A DNA stretch of 63,308 nucleotides, filler included. It is 6 parts of 6 records of this genome, joined end to end, with 100 filler letters (N's around TTAATTAATTAA, not from the genome) between each part and the next. Parts side by side here need not be neighbours in the genome. Positions count along the whole stretch, not along the records: positions 1 to 19,073 come from SRR20825010_2793; 5 more parts are not named here. One strand, given 5' to 3'. Shown here one piece after another: positions 9,345 to 19,024 of this stretch. The position numbers were made by a program, and so were the translations under genes. The notes beneath the pieces are model-generated. The model had not been told where the DNA came from and made no database searches. It saw only the letters and a program-made list of their open reading frames with translations. How positions within the stretch are numbered: the first letter of the stretch is position 1; every line of letters starts with the position of its first letter.

Positions 9345-11264
9345 CTATTTGTCTGGTGTACCTATGGTGACCTCCGTTTCGATATAGCCACCACGCGTAG
9401 AAAGGATTTTCACCTTCGCTTTAGCGCCTTTGATTTTATTCAGTTTAATTTCAAAACTCGCTTCTTGGGTTTGTCCCGGAAGCGTTCTGTCCATGTATTG
9501 GGTTTTGTCCGATAAGCTAGGGCTGATGATTTGTACCTGAGCGTCATCTCCACCTTTGGTCAGCTTAGAATCAAACTGCAACTGAACGCGGTCTTCACGA
9601 ACGATCTTTACCAATTGCGCTTGTTTTAACGCAGTGGGTAGTTCACCTGTGTTAGTGAATTTCACTTTCACCACATAAGTGTCTTTGCCTTTGCTTTCTA
9701 CACTCACATTGTCCAAAGTAATTTGAGGTAAATCCATGGCCATGGCCAAGTTGAAGAGTGCTTGCTTCTTTGCCCAGTTTTCAAGCTGCCATGTTGGTCC
9801 GTTTTGACCAAAGAATTTGGGATGGAAACCGCCAATTTCTGCTTTACCCAATGTAGGGTGATCGAAAGGTTCCCATTCTTTAAAGCCACGTCCTCCGTTC
9901 TCTTCATCGTCCCAACGCAGCCCGTCATAATCATCATAAATACCATCGTTATCGTAATCCTTCATGGCGCCATTGTTCCACAGCTCATCGCCATACCAAA
10001 TGGATCCATAATAGAAGTAACCGAAATCAGGGCCGTGTCCGAATAGGGGACTTGGCTTCAAGGGATCACCAGTAGATGGGTTTACTTTGTAGCGCGTGGC
10101 ATAAGTCTCAAAAACATCACCAGCCCAAGGGTAGCCCGTAATGTCCATTCCAACTTGATCATACTTTAAATAGATATCTAAATCTTCAGGGTACATTCTT
10201 TCTTCACTTTTCGAAGTAGAAGGGGCCCTTAAGTGCATTGGTACTCTAGTGTCCATAGAGTTGGCCACCGAAATGTTGGGGTGAGTTAGCATCCACATCA
10301 CGATAGAGCGTGATTCAGGTTCCGACATCGGGAAAGCACCTGCTCCGTTTTGGGTATATCCTCTGCCTGTTTCGTCTTCACCAGTATCGGGTCGCCAGTT
10401 TTCAGGGTAGTTTCTGTGCAAATCGAGTCCACCAATGCCATCTTCATTAAAACGGCCATCGCCATCGTTGTCAATGCCTTCGCTATAAACAAAGTAATCT
10501 CCATTTTGAGAGCGCTTCATTAAACGTCCTTTAGGATCTCTCGGGTCAATGATATGCGTGCCTGTTTCGCCTTTTTTGGCTTTTACACGTATTTGGTACA
10601 TAATACCGTCACCGTCCAAATCTTCTTCGTCATCTTCATCAAGCAAACCATCACGGTCGTTATCGTGGGGTCTAACTGTAGAACGGTTTCTTTGGGCAGT
10701 GTTCAAATATAGATTAGAACCATCAGGGTTGTTTTGCGGCCTGAGGTAAATCGCCTTGGTGTCAATTAATTTTGTGATTGCGGCATCGCTACCATAGCCT
10801 TCTAATAAATGATTGGTTAACCATAAAATAGATTCGCTACTGGTGATTTCACCACTGTGTCGACCACCTTCAAAATAGGCAGCAGGCTTATCGGTGTCTT
10901 TGCCAGTTTTCTTATTGGTCAGGGTCATTTGTAGAATAGGTCGACCTTCAAAGCTGGTGCCTACTTGATATAAATCCACAATGTCTGGGTACTTTTCAGC
11001 CCATACCTTATACCAGTGATACATCACGTTTACGGTATGGTAAGTGTCGAAGGTGAGCTGATTTGTGGGTTCGTATTGCACTTCAGCATGGCGAAACTGT
11101 TTGAAAAAGCTGACGCCATGCCTTTCACCCTTTACGGTGTATGTGGCGGTGTCTTTATCAGATTCTGGCCAGGTTACTGGGTTCAGCACTCTCACTTCTT
11201 GCGCAAAAAGCATGGGAGAGTAGAGTAATAAAAATAGCAGCGTGTATTTCCGATTCATTTTCAA
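9345..11264 (-). CDS. secreted M14-family zinc carboxypeptidase-like protein
   Basis: Signal peptide; GTSFEGRPI, GGRHSGE (HxxE), NPDG, DLHRNYP, SEPESR motifs; DxDxDG loops; C-terminal Ig-like domain. Confidence 0.88.
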   Translation of the reverse strand: MKMNRKYTLLFLLLYSPMLFAQEVRVLNPVTWPESDKDTATYTVKGERHGVSFFKQFRHAEVQYEPTNQLTFDTYHTVNVMYHWYKVWAEKYPDIVDLYQVGTSFEGRPILQMTLTNKKTGKDTDKPAAYFEGGRHSGEITSSESILWLTNHLLEGYGSDAAITKLIDTKAIYLRPQNNPDGSNLYLNTAQRNRSTVRPHDNDRDGLLDEDDEEDLDGDGIMYQIRVKAKKGETGTHIIDPRDPKGRLMKRSQNGDYFVYSEGIDNDGDGRFNEDGIGGLDLHRNYPENWRPDTGEDETGRGYTQNGAGAFPMSEPESRSIVMWMLTHPNISVANSMDTRVPMHLRAPSTSKSEERMYPEDLDIYLKYDQVGMDITGYPWAGDVFETYATRYKVNPSTGDPLKPSPLFGHGPDFGYFYYGSIWYGDELWNNGAMKDYDNDGIYDDYDGLRWDDEENGGRGFKEWEPFDHPTLGKAEIGGFHPKFFGQNGPTWQLENWAKKQALFNLAMAMDLPQITLDNVSVESKGKDTYVVKVKFTNTGELPTALKQAQLVKIVREDRVQLQFDSKLTKGGDDAQVQIISPSLSDKTQYMDRTLPGQTQEASFEIKLNKIKGAKAKVKILSTRGGYIETEVTIGTPDK

Positions 11265-11338
11265 TAGGGTTGTTTGAATCGGAAGATAGAAAGAAAATCA
11301 AATTGATAGGAATAGTATTATTGGAGTGGCTACATTGT

Positions 11339-11635
11339 TTAGTCTTCAATTTTTAGTTTCAAGCCTCTTTTTTTAAGTTCTTTGCTTATTTCTCTAAAGA
11401 TTTTTGTGCCCATATTTTTAGTCTTTTTAATCTCGTTTTCAGAGATGTCTTCTAATTGTGGCCAAGAATCAATTTCTAAGCCGAGTAAGAAATCTTTACA
11501 GCGAATAGAAACATCTGACTCCTTGACCTCAGTAGGTAACTTACTTTCTCGCTGTGTTTTTATCCTTTCAATATAGGATTTCAGCTTAGTGAGTTCTTCC
11601 ACTGTGAAACGCTTAAAGAAAATATCGTCAATCAT
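11339..11635 (-). CDS. small stand-alone RNA polymerase alpha-CTD-like (HhH) protein
   Basis: C-terminal ~62 aa align ungapped by eye with the RpoA CTD (SIRC..L...I...QL...SE.E.KKTKNMGTK...EI...L..RGL.L). Confidence 0.75.
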   Translation of the reverse strand: MIDDIFFKRFTVEELTKLKSYIERIKTQRESKLPTEVKESDVSIRCKDFLLGLEIDSWPQLEDISENEIKKTKNMGTKIFREISKELKKRGLKLKIED

Positions 11636-11654
11636 GGTTTGAAAATTTATGAGG

Positions 11655-12254
11655 TTACTGTAGGCTTCCTACAACAGTGTAGAAAATATTGAAATTGCTA
11701 ACACCTGAGATGGCCAAGGCGCTTGCCTTTACCTTGAATTGGATTGGAATATCTTGTCGACAGCCGACAAATTCGAAGACCTTAATGGCTGCATTTCCAT
11801 TGTTAGGAATCGTGATGTAGGAACCACCAACTTCAGGGGTTAAGTCACGAGGCCCAAGGGGTTGTATGGGTAAATCATCATATGGACTGTTCACTGGAAA
11901 GCGGATGCCACTGTTCATGGTTGTTTTGGCCTGTATTTCTACATTTTGTGGAGCATTTTGGGTATGCATATAAACGGTATACCTGAACACATTTGCAGTA
12001 CAGTTTTGCTCTGAACTGGTGGTGAAACCAGTAATTGGGTTTACTGTTGGATCCAAAATGAAAGCAATTAAGTTGGCATCTATGTTTGATTCAAAACCAA
12101 CAGTATTGGCGTCTTCACCGGCTTCCATCACCAAGTCATTGATGTTCTCTATAATATTTGGAAAACCACTAACGTCTAAGGTTCCAGGTAAAAGCTGAGC
12201 AAAGGACAAGCTTGAAAAAGAGAGTAAGAATATGATTGTATATATGTTTTTCAT
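11655..12254 (-). CDS. secreted pilin/adhesin-like protein
   Basis: Signal peptide (SLSFA-Q), two Cys, beta-rich, ends in alternating strand FNIFYTV; in operon with usher-like gene. Confidence 0.55.
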   Translation of the reverse strand: MKNIYTIIFLLSFSSLSFAQLLPGTLDVSGFPNIIENINDLVMEAGEDANTVGFESNIDANLIAFILDPTVNPITGFTTSSEQNCTANVFRYTVYMHTQNAPQNVEIQAKTTMNSGIRFPVNSPYDDLPIQPLGPRDLTPEVGGSYITIPNNGNAAIKVFEFVGCRQDIPIQFKVKASALAISGVSNFNIFYTVVGSLQ

Positions 12255-12265
12255 GATCGTAATGT

Positions 12266-12835
12266 TTACTGAATGCGATAAATTATTTCAAACCCATCTG
12301 GTAGTTTCTGAGAGTTTTTAATAGTATAGGTAATGTGATAACCTCTGTTTAGACCATCGCCTGTGTAGCCATTCGCGAAGTCATATACAATAATCTGTTC
12401 AGTTTGGCTAAGTCTGATTTTATTGGTGTTGGGGTTTTTGGGGTAATTTCCACCAGTGCCTGTTTGTGTTATTTGTACGTCTATTTTCATGCCGCCTGGT
12501 AAGGGCTGATTGGTAGAAACATAGATTCTGGCGGGTTGATAATTTTGAGCGCGGTGTGTAAAATTGATCCAAAGGTTAGATAGATCGGCACCACCACCAC
12601 TTGGGGGAGGCAGGCCTGCTTCAGTTCCTGCACCTCCTCCAGCACCACTGCTTCCGAGTACTTCTGGCTCTATGTCAATAATAGCAATAGGCAACAATTC
12701 AATAGATGCTCCACTTGATTTTTGGTCGCCACCAAAGATAAATGTATTAGGGTCGTTAGCGTTTAGGGTTTGCTGCGCCCAAGCCATTGATGAACTTAGG
12801 AGTAGAATGAGTAGGGTATGTATAGTGCGTTTCAT
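12266..12835 (-). CDS. secreted pilin-like subunit
   Basis: Signal peptide (SMAWA-Q); IAIIDIE, LWINFT, GYTGDG..GYHITY motifs; terminal beta strand IIYRIQ. Confidence 0.6.
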   Translation of the reverse strand: MKRTIHTLLILLLSSSMAWAQQTLNANDPNTFIFGGDQKSSGASIELLPIAIIDIEPEVLGSSGAGGGAGTEAGLPPPSGGGADLSNLWINFTHRAQNYQPARIYVSTNQPLPGGMKIDVQITQTGTGGNYPKNPNTNKIRLSQTEQIIVYDFANGYTGDGLNRGYHITYTIKNSQKLPDGFEIIYRIQ

Positions 12836-12837
12836 GA

Positions 12838-15621
12838 TTAGTTTCCAATTTTAAAGTTGTTACTCTTGAATTTGATATTACGCTCCTTGGCTTTCAAAGC
12901 AAATTCTACGTTTGTCAATTCATCGTTTGTCGTTTGTATGGTTAGCTCTTTAGACACCGCTTCTAGTGTACCTTCAGACGTTAGTCTCACTAATGATAGT
13001 TTGTACGTGCCGGGTACAATTTTTGAAAATTTAAAGTTTCCGGCTTTGTCAGATTCAATATAGTAAGTGAAGCTGTTGTTTTCTAGTTTAAGATAACCAT
13101 CTAATTGATATTCTTGATTAGCATTGGTTACTACCAACTTTCCTTTCAACTGCTTGGCCTTAACAAGGGTGATGTTTATGGCAGTTGAGATTTTCTCTGC
13201 AACATTTACCTCTATTGGTTTCTGTGCCAATGCTACAACTCCTAAAGGCAGTGTAGACTCATCGATCAATAGGTAGTTAAGTCCAACAGGAAGGTTGTTT
13301 AATTCAAACTCACCTCTTGAACTTGATCTTACTGAATTTCCAGCAGCTACTACTTGAATACCCTTAAGGTTTATTGAAGGGTCATTTGACTTAATGAATC
13401 CTTTAACTCCACCTTGCTTAAGTGTCTTTTTAAGTGGCGCACCAAACCTGAAAGTGTACTTAACAAAAGCAAAAAGCTCTTTTTGTGTTTCCGAGTTAGG
13501 GTTCATGTAATAGTTTACCCTGGCTTCAATTTGGTGATGCTTTCCAATACGTGCCAATACGTTGGCATTAATAAAGTCTCTTTTTCTGTAGCTTTCTTCA
13601 GGGCTAAAGCCGCTGTTGTAACTCGCTCCAAATCTTAAATCTCTACTTGCTCTGTAGTTAAACGCTCCTCCAAAAAGGTAGTAATCAGATACGCTGTTGT
13701 TAATATTATACCTGTTGGTGCGGTTATGACTTACGTTAGTACGTAGCGATAATTTAGAAGTGGCCTTATAATTTACATTTAAAAACTCACCGTAAGTATC
13801 TCTCGCTTGCATGTTGTCGCTTATTAAGTTCTGCGTTTTTGCAATTCTACCGTTGAAATTCACGGTTAAATAGTTTCCAGTGTACTTGTATCTATAATCA
13901 ATTCCTTTTTCACTGTAATCGAAGCTTTGACGCTCGCTTTCATCTTTTCTCATTCTTTGTACCGCACGTAAATTCACAAAGTGTTTGCTGTTGATTCGGT
14001 AACCAGCAGAAGCATAGTAGTTTTCGAAGGTAGGACGCACACCATAAAGGGTAGTGTCAACTCTTTCGTGCACTTTAGAATAACCTTGTCCAACACCCAA
14101 ACTCCATTTTGATAAGTTGTAGCTTAATGAGTTAGCATACCTTAAGCTGTTGTTCAACGTACCGAAGTAGTTTTCGCCAGCCATGGTGGTGCTTCCATTG
14201 TAAAAAAGGTTTCCCATTTTATGAGATATGGCTACATCAGTAGCGTAATCCATGGTTTCACTGTTCATGCTTGTGGCCAATTCCATGCGTACTTGGGTCT
14301 TGCTATCCTGGTAGTCCGCTTCGAATACGGCTATTGTACCATTGCCTTCGGCAGTGTTAGCAATTTGTTGATTGTAATATTGAGGCACTTCTTTAGAGCT
14401 TGAAAAAGACAATCCTAGTTTTAAGAATTCAGAAGCATTATACACTGCTTTACCACCGAAGATTGGCTCTTTCGTGTTGAATACTAATCTTGGCTTGGTG
14501 TAAAAGGCACTTAATACCCAGTTGTTAACTTTCTGATCTATTCGTGCTCCAAAACCATATCTTCCTAGTAAGCCTAACTGGTTGATGTTGAAAACATGAT
14601 CTCCAATAAAAACAGTTGTGTTTTTGCGGTTTCGGTATATCAGGCTGTACTGATCGTTGATTCCAAAACGGCTTAAATGATTTTGATTTGGGCCACGGAC
14701 AATGAAGTTTAAGTAGTGATTTTGCTTTTGATCAAGAAAACCATTTCCTCTTAATTCTACATAGGCACTACTAAACCCTACATTCTTGTTTGAATAATTA
14801 TTGTAGTACAGGCTGGCTTCCATTGGGTACCTTAAGTAGGCATCTTGCTTCGCTATTTTAGTAGGGAATACCTTAGTGGTAGCGTAGGCTGTTTTAGAAA
14901 CTTCAGTGGCTTTATTCAATACTTTCAAATCAGAAAGTAAGGACTGCACCGCATAAGTTTTGGCGTTTGTTTTTTGGTTCACCTTGATTACTATAGATGA
15001 ATTAGCAGGGATTTCACGTATTAAGTCACCCTCTATATTGTTTCTAGAAGAAAGCTCTATTTTTTCACTCACATTACCCTTGTTCTTGATTTCGAAAGAA
15101 ACCTCGATCAATTCGCCTGCTTGAGTGTATTGTGGGGTGGTTAAGCTTGTTACTTGTATGTCGTGATTTACACCTACTTTAAAGTCAATTTCTGTTCTTT
15201 CCGAATCCGATAAATCTTCGTTAAATAACTCTAAGTATGCTTTTTTCAATCCAGGTACTTCGTCTGTTGGAATAGAAAAGCTGTATAGTATGAAGCTCTT
15301 TTCCTGACTTTTAAGTTGTACTACTGAAGGTTGTGTTATTACATTCCAGTTGGCAGGTAATCCTAATTTTGAACTTAGGCTTGAAGTGGCACTGGTTAGG
15401 TTGGTGATTTCGAAAGCCAAAGTATGACGAGTTCCTGCCTTATAAGCTTCTGTTTTGTGCATTGCCTTGGCTTGAAATTTAGACTGGGCCATGCCTTGTA
15501 AAGAGCTTATCAATAAAGCCATTATAAAGAGCACTCTTGTCACGCGTTCTGAGGCTTCACCCAAAGTGTTTTTTAGATCATTTGAAGAATACATATTGAA
15601 TGGGTTATGAGTGTTGAACAT
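12838..15621 (-). CDS. large outer-membrane usher-like protein (N-terminal Ig/COG1470-like repeats, beta-barrel-like middle, C-terminal beta-sandwich domains)
   Basis: 927 aa; signal-like segment ending QGMA-Q; FEITN/FEIKNKGN Ig motifs; long amphipathic beta-strand region ending YTFRFG; GEFELNNLPVG and GNFKFSKIVPGTY repeats; true start may be downstream. Confidence 0.65.
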   Translation of the reverse strand: MFNTHNPFNMYSSNDLKNTLGEASERVTRVLFIMALLISSLQGMAQSKFQAKAMHKTEAYKAGTRHTLAFEITNLTSATSSLSSKLGLPANWNVITQPSVVQLKSQEKSFILYSFSIPTDEVPGLKKAYLELFNEDLSDSERTEIDFKVGVNHDIQVTSLTTPQYTQAGELIEVSFEIKNKGNVSEKIELSSRNNIEGDLIREIPANSSIVIKVNQKTNAKTYAVQSLLSDLKVLNKATEVSKTAYATTKVFPTKIAKQDAYLRYPMEASLYYNNYSNKNVGFSSAYVELRGNGFLDQKQNHYLNFIVRGPNQNHLSRFGINDQYSLIYRNRKNTTVFIGDHVFNINQLGLLGRYGFGARIDQKVNNWVLSAFYTKPRLVFNTKEPIFGGKAVYNASEFLKLGLSFSSSKEVPQYYNQQIANTAEGNGTIAVFEADYQDSKTQVRMELATSMNSETMDYATDVAISHKMGNLFYNGSTTMAGENYFGTLNNSLRYANSLSYNLSKWSLGVGQGYSKVHERVDTTLYGVRPTFENYYASAGYRINSKHFVNLRAVQRMRKDESERQSFDYSEKGIDYRYKYTGNYLTVNFNGRIAKTQNLISDNMQARDTYGEFLNVNYKATSKLSLRTNVSHNRTNRYNINNSVSDYYLFGGAFNYRASRDLRFGASYNSGFSPEESYRKRDFINANVLARIGKHHQIEARVNYYMNPNSETQKELFAFVKYTFRFGAPLKKTLKQGGVKGFIKSNDPSINLKGIQVVAAGNSVRSSSRGEFELNNLPVGLNYLLIDESTLPLGVVALAQKPIEVNVAEKISTAINITLVKAKQLKGKLVVTNANQEYQLDGYLKLENNSFTYYIESDKAGNFKFSKIVPGTYKLSLVRLTSEGTLEAVSKELTIQTTNDELTNVEFALKAKERNIKFKSNNFKIGN

Positions 15622-15663
15622 GACTGTAGTGTCTTTAAATTGGAGTTGATTTTTGGACTGGTC

Positions 15664-16452
15664 TTATTTTAAGTTTAAGGCCAAGTTGGTTCCTGTAAAG
15701 TCTTCGCGGGCTTCGGCCAGCAGTAGACATTTGTAATCGCCAGGAGGTAGAGAGGAAATATCCACTACATATGTTTTGCAAACACCTGGGAAAACCATGT
15801 TTCGATCCGTTTCAAAAACCGATACTTTGTTTCCCGCAGCATCATAAACTTCTAGTGTTAAAAGCACACCTTCTATAAAGGCACCATCGTTTTTAACATT
15901 GATTTCTAATTTTTTAGGAGCGTCTTCAGTTTGGTTGAAGTTCACATTTGAAAAGTCAATGTTTACATCATCAAAACCATTTACGTGAGTCAATAGGCCA
16001 ATTGCATACCTTACTTTAGTGTCAAGACCGATGTTGTTGGTTAATCTTTCTTTCTTCACTGGGTTTTCTACATAGACCATCAATACGCTCCAGTATGAAC
16101 CTTTTAGTGTTTGGTTGGCTGGGATTCTGATGGTATAGCGGTAGGTGTATTTTTCGTTTGGCGCTAACACCTTTTCCATTACCTCGCTTTCAAACCAATC
16201 GCTTGAAGACTGTGCATGAGGATCTTTTTCAGTAAATTTTCTATTGGCATCGCAAGAGAAAAGGGCTTCGTTTATTGAGAAGGTTACTCTTTGATCTATT
16301 GACGATGAATTGAATAGAATCACTTCTCCAGAAATGATGTCGCCAGAGTTGCCAGTATAGAAATGAGTTAGACCATTGATTACAGTTACACTGGCTGTTG
16401 CTAGCTGACTGCTGAATAAAAGTATTGCGAATATTGTAAGGAGCTTTTTCAT
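15664..16452 (-). CDS. secreted PapD/DUF916-like chaperone-type protein
   Basis: Signal peptide; two Ig-like halves; SSDWF, LAPNEK, GSYWSVLMV, INVKNDG, LPPGDYK motifs typical of pilus-chaperone-like proteins. Confidence 0.65.
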   Translation of the reverse strand: MKKLLTIFAILLFSSQLATASVTVINGLTHFYTGNSGDIISGEVILFNSSSIDQRVTFSINEALFSCDANRKFTEKDPHAQSSSDWFESEVMEKVLAPNEKYTYRYTIRIPANQTLKGSYWSVLMVYVENPVKKERLTNNIGLDTKVRYAIGLLTHVNGFDDVNIDFSNVNFNQTEDAPKKLEINVKNDGAFIEGVLLTLEVYDAAGNKVSVFETDRNMVFPGVCKTYVVDISSLPPGDYKCLLLAEAREDFTGTNLALNLK

Positions 16453-16519
16453 GTTTTTCTAGTTCTGTGTTATTGTTTATGAACCAAAATTGCAGCTTCT
16501 GAGCTACAAAAAACGCCAA

Positions 16520-16554
16520 GTGTCGGTCAATGGGAGATTGGTGTCGGTAAAATG
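16520..16554 (-). promoter_or_regulatory. direct-repeat regulator site (LytTR-type spacing) upstream of the chaperone-like gene
   Basis: GTGTCGGTCAATG (16520) and GTGTCGGTAAAAT (16541), 21-bp period. Confidence 0.5.
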
Positions 16555-16724
16555 CGAGAATGCATCTTTTAAGCTTTGCTCGAGGTTTTGGGGATTCTCG
16601 AAGCGGGTGTTTTGTGTTGGTCTTTAAACCATTTTGCTTTTCATGTTATTGAAGGGTGCGCTGAATGGGGAAGGGGCTTTACTCACCACCGATGTATTGA
16701 TGGTGGATGTTATTCGGTGTGTGT

Positions 16725-17126
16725 TTATGCCGCCTTCGCTTTATTGAATAGCACATCCAGTTTTTCCATGGTCAAGGGCTTACTGATATAACCTGTTACT
16801 TCGGTATGGGCCTTAGATTTATTGATGTCGGTATCATCTACCGAGGAAGAGAGCATGTAGATATCGAACTTATCTTTCACTTCCTGGCTAAATGTGGTGA
16901 AGGCGTCTAGAAATTCCCATCCACTCATTTCGGGCATATTAATATCCAATAGGAGTGTAGTTTTAGAGGGAAGTTCAGCTTGATTAGATATGAAATCCAA
17001 GGCCTCTTGAGCGAAATTGAATTCACTTACTACTGCTCCGTCAATTACTTTCGAAATAATGATTTTTGAAAGTAAGTTGTTTACTGGGTCGTCATCTATG
17101 GTGATAAAAGTGTTCTTGGTTTCCAT
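16725..17126 (-). CDS. single-domain response regulator
   Basis: IDDD...LLLDINMP..GWEFLD...MLSSS...ISKPL. Confidence 0.92.
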   Translation of the reverse strand: METKNTFITIDDDPVNNLLSKIIISKVIDGAVVSEFNFAQEALDFISNQAELPSKTTLLLDINMPEMSGWEFLDAFTTFSQEVKDKFDIYMLSSSVDDTDINKSKAHTEVTGYISKPLTMEKLDVLFNKAKAA

Positions 17127-17147
17127 AATGTTTGATTTTAATAGTGA

Positions 17148-18788
17148 TTATTGAGGTAGGCTAATGGTAAAAGTGGTTCCCACATTGGGAGCACTGTCAA
17201 TCTCAATCGAGCCTCCCATGGCTTCTATTTGAGCGTTAATCATATATAGGCCAATGCCTCTGCCTTCCACGTCTTGATGGAATCTTTTGTATAGACTGAA
17301 GATTTGCTTTCCATGCTTTTCCATGTCTATCCCTCGTCCGTTGTCCTTAAACTCTAGTACTATATTTCCCTTTTTTATGGAAGACCTTATTGATAATTTT
17401 AAAGCTTCACTTGGTTTTTTGTACTTAATACTATTGGTCAATAGGTTGGTGAATATGCTCACCATATATGGCTTTATGGTAGTGATTTTATCTACTTCAG
17501 CGAAGTCCCCATCTATGAATTCAGTCTGCTTGGCTTCAACATTAGAAAGGTTTGCTTTGGTGTCTTCTAGTAAACTTGTAAATGACATTTCTACCTTTCC
17601 TTCATCTAGATCAGTTTTGATTTTCAATATTGAATTAAGGTCCAATACCACACTGTCTAAATTATCGGCCGATTTCTTAAGGCCCTTCAGGTATTGTTCA
17701 TAACCCTCCATTGTGGGGTCTAATTCTGGGATTAAGGTTGAGAGACCTATAATGTTGGTTAAAGGAGCTCTTAGGTTATGCGACACAATAAAAGCGAACT
17801 GCTCCAATGCTTTATTTCGTTGAATAAGGCTATTGGTCATGGCTTCTTTTTCTAGCATCCATTTTCTCTGTTCGGTAATGTCGTCTGCTGCTATCGTAAT
17901 TCCAGTAACCACTTGGTCACTATTGATAATTGGGAACATTCTAAGTTTCAACCATCTTTCAGTTCCATCCTCAAGCGGAAAGTTTGTTTCATAGCTCAAA
18001 GGCTTTTGTGTGGCCATTATTTCTTCGATAGAATCCTTTACTGCAGAAATTCTAGCTGCCGGAATAAGCTTAAAGTAACTTGATCCAGCTATGATGGAAC
18101 TGCCTGAAGCAGAAACTATAAATTCATTGGCTTGATCGTTAAAACTTACAATGTTGAATTTATTGTTTATTAAAACATAACCAGTGTCTGTGTTTTCTAG
18201 AATGTTTCTAAAATTGGCTTGTGCCTGTTGAAGTTTTTTGAAGTTTTCCTTCTTTTCACTTAAATCTTGTGTGATGCCTATCATTCCAATAGGAGCACCT
18301 TCTTCGCCATAAATGAATTCGCCATGCTGGTTTACGTATTTTACTTCTCCAGACTTACAAACCACTCGGTGACCTACATTAAAAGATTGTTTTGCTTCTA
18401 AGCTTTCTGTTATGGCCGTAACCATCTCTTCCAAATCTTCTGGATGAACATGGGCATAGAAAAACTCTATATTAGGTTTAACCTCACCTGGCTCGTAACC
18501 ATAGATTCTATATACCTGATCAGACCATTCAACCGAGTCACTGATGGGCTCTCCATCGAGTGCATACTTGATCTCCCAGCAGCCAGTTTTGGCCATGTTC
18601 TGTAGAGTCGACATTCTTTGCATGACTTTATTGGTCAGCTGTTGGTCCATGGCCGATAGCTCTTCAGGGTTTTTGTGTTGGCCCAAAGAATTCATTGGGT
18701 GCTCAGTAGCTCCTTGCAATGACAACTGGCAATTCAGTAAATTCTGATTGCCTGCTTTATCGTTTGTTTCTACTATGAGCGTTTCCAT
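17148..18788 (-). CDS. cytoplasmic PAS-domain sensor histidine kinase
   Basis: Two PAS/PAC domains, H-box SHNLRAPL, KDNGRGID, GRGIGL. Confidence 0.92.
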   Translation of the reverse strand: METLIVETNDKAGNQNLLNCQLSLQGATEHPMNSLGQHKNPEELSAMDQQLTNKVMQRMSTLQNMAKTGCWEIKYALDGEPISDSVEWSDQVYRIYGYEPGEVKPNIEFFYAHVHPEDLEEMVTAITESLEAKQSFNVGHRVVCKSGEVKYVNQHGEFIYGEEGAPIGMIGITQDLSEKKENFKKLQQAQANFRNILENTDTGYVLINNKFNIVSFNDQANEFIVSASGSSIIAGSSYFKLIPAARISAVKDSIEEIMATQKPLSYETNFPLEDGTERWLKLRMFPIINSDQVVTGITIAADDITEQRKWMLEKEAMTNSLIQRNKALEQFAFIVSHNLRAPLTNIIGLSTLIPELDPTMEGYEQYLKGLKKSADNLDSVVLDLNSILKIKTDLDEGKVEMSFTSLLEDTKANLSNVEAKQTEFIDGDFAEVDKITTIKPYMVSIFTNLLTNSIKYKKPSEALKLSIRSSIKKGNIVLEFKDNGRGIDMEKHGKQIFSLYKRFHQDVEGRGIGLYMINAQIEAMGGSIEIDSAPNVGTTFTISLPQ

Positions 18789-18966
18789 GTCTTTGTTCTT
18801 TTGAAGTTATAATGATTAACTAATGATCAAATGTGGGACAATAGGCAGACTATTATTGAGCATTGGCGATCAATGGCGGTTTTGTGTAGATGAATTGTAC
18901 TAAACATCCTTTAAGTATTTTGGTGTGTAAAAGCGTTTTTTTGGAGCGTACATGGCTATTGATCAG

Positions 18967-19002
18967 AAAAAAGGCCTCACAACAATTAAGTCATGGGGCC
19001 TT
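18967..19002 (-). terminator. intrinsic terminator after the truncated edge gene
   Basis: Minus strand AAGGCCCCA-loop-TGAGGCCTT followed by TTTT. Confidence 0.65.
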
Positions 19003-19024
19003 GAGTAGAGCGTATTTTTAGTTC

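Noticed and set aside
16576-16791. 71-aa + strand ORF between the chaperone and response regulator genes
   Set aside because: TTG start, overlaps the regulator antisense and shows no recognisable features
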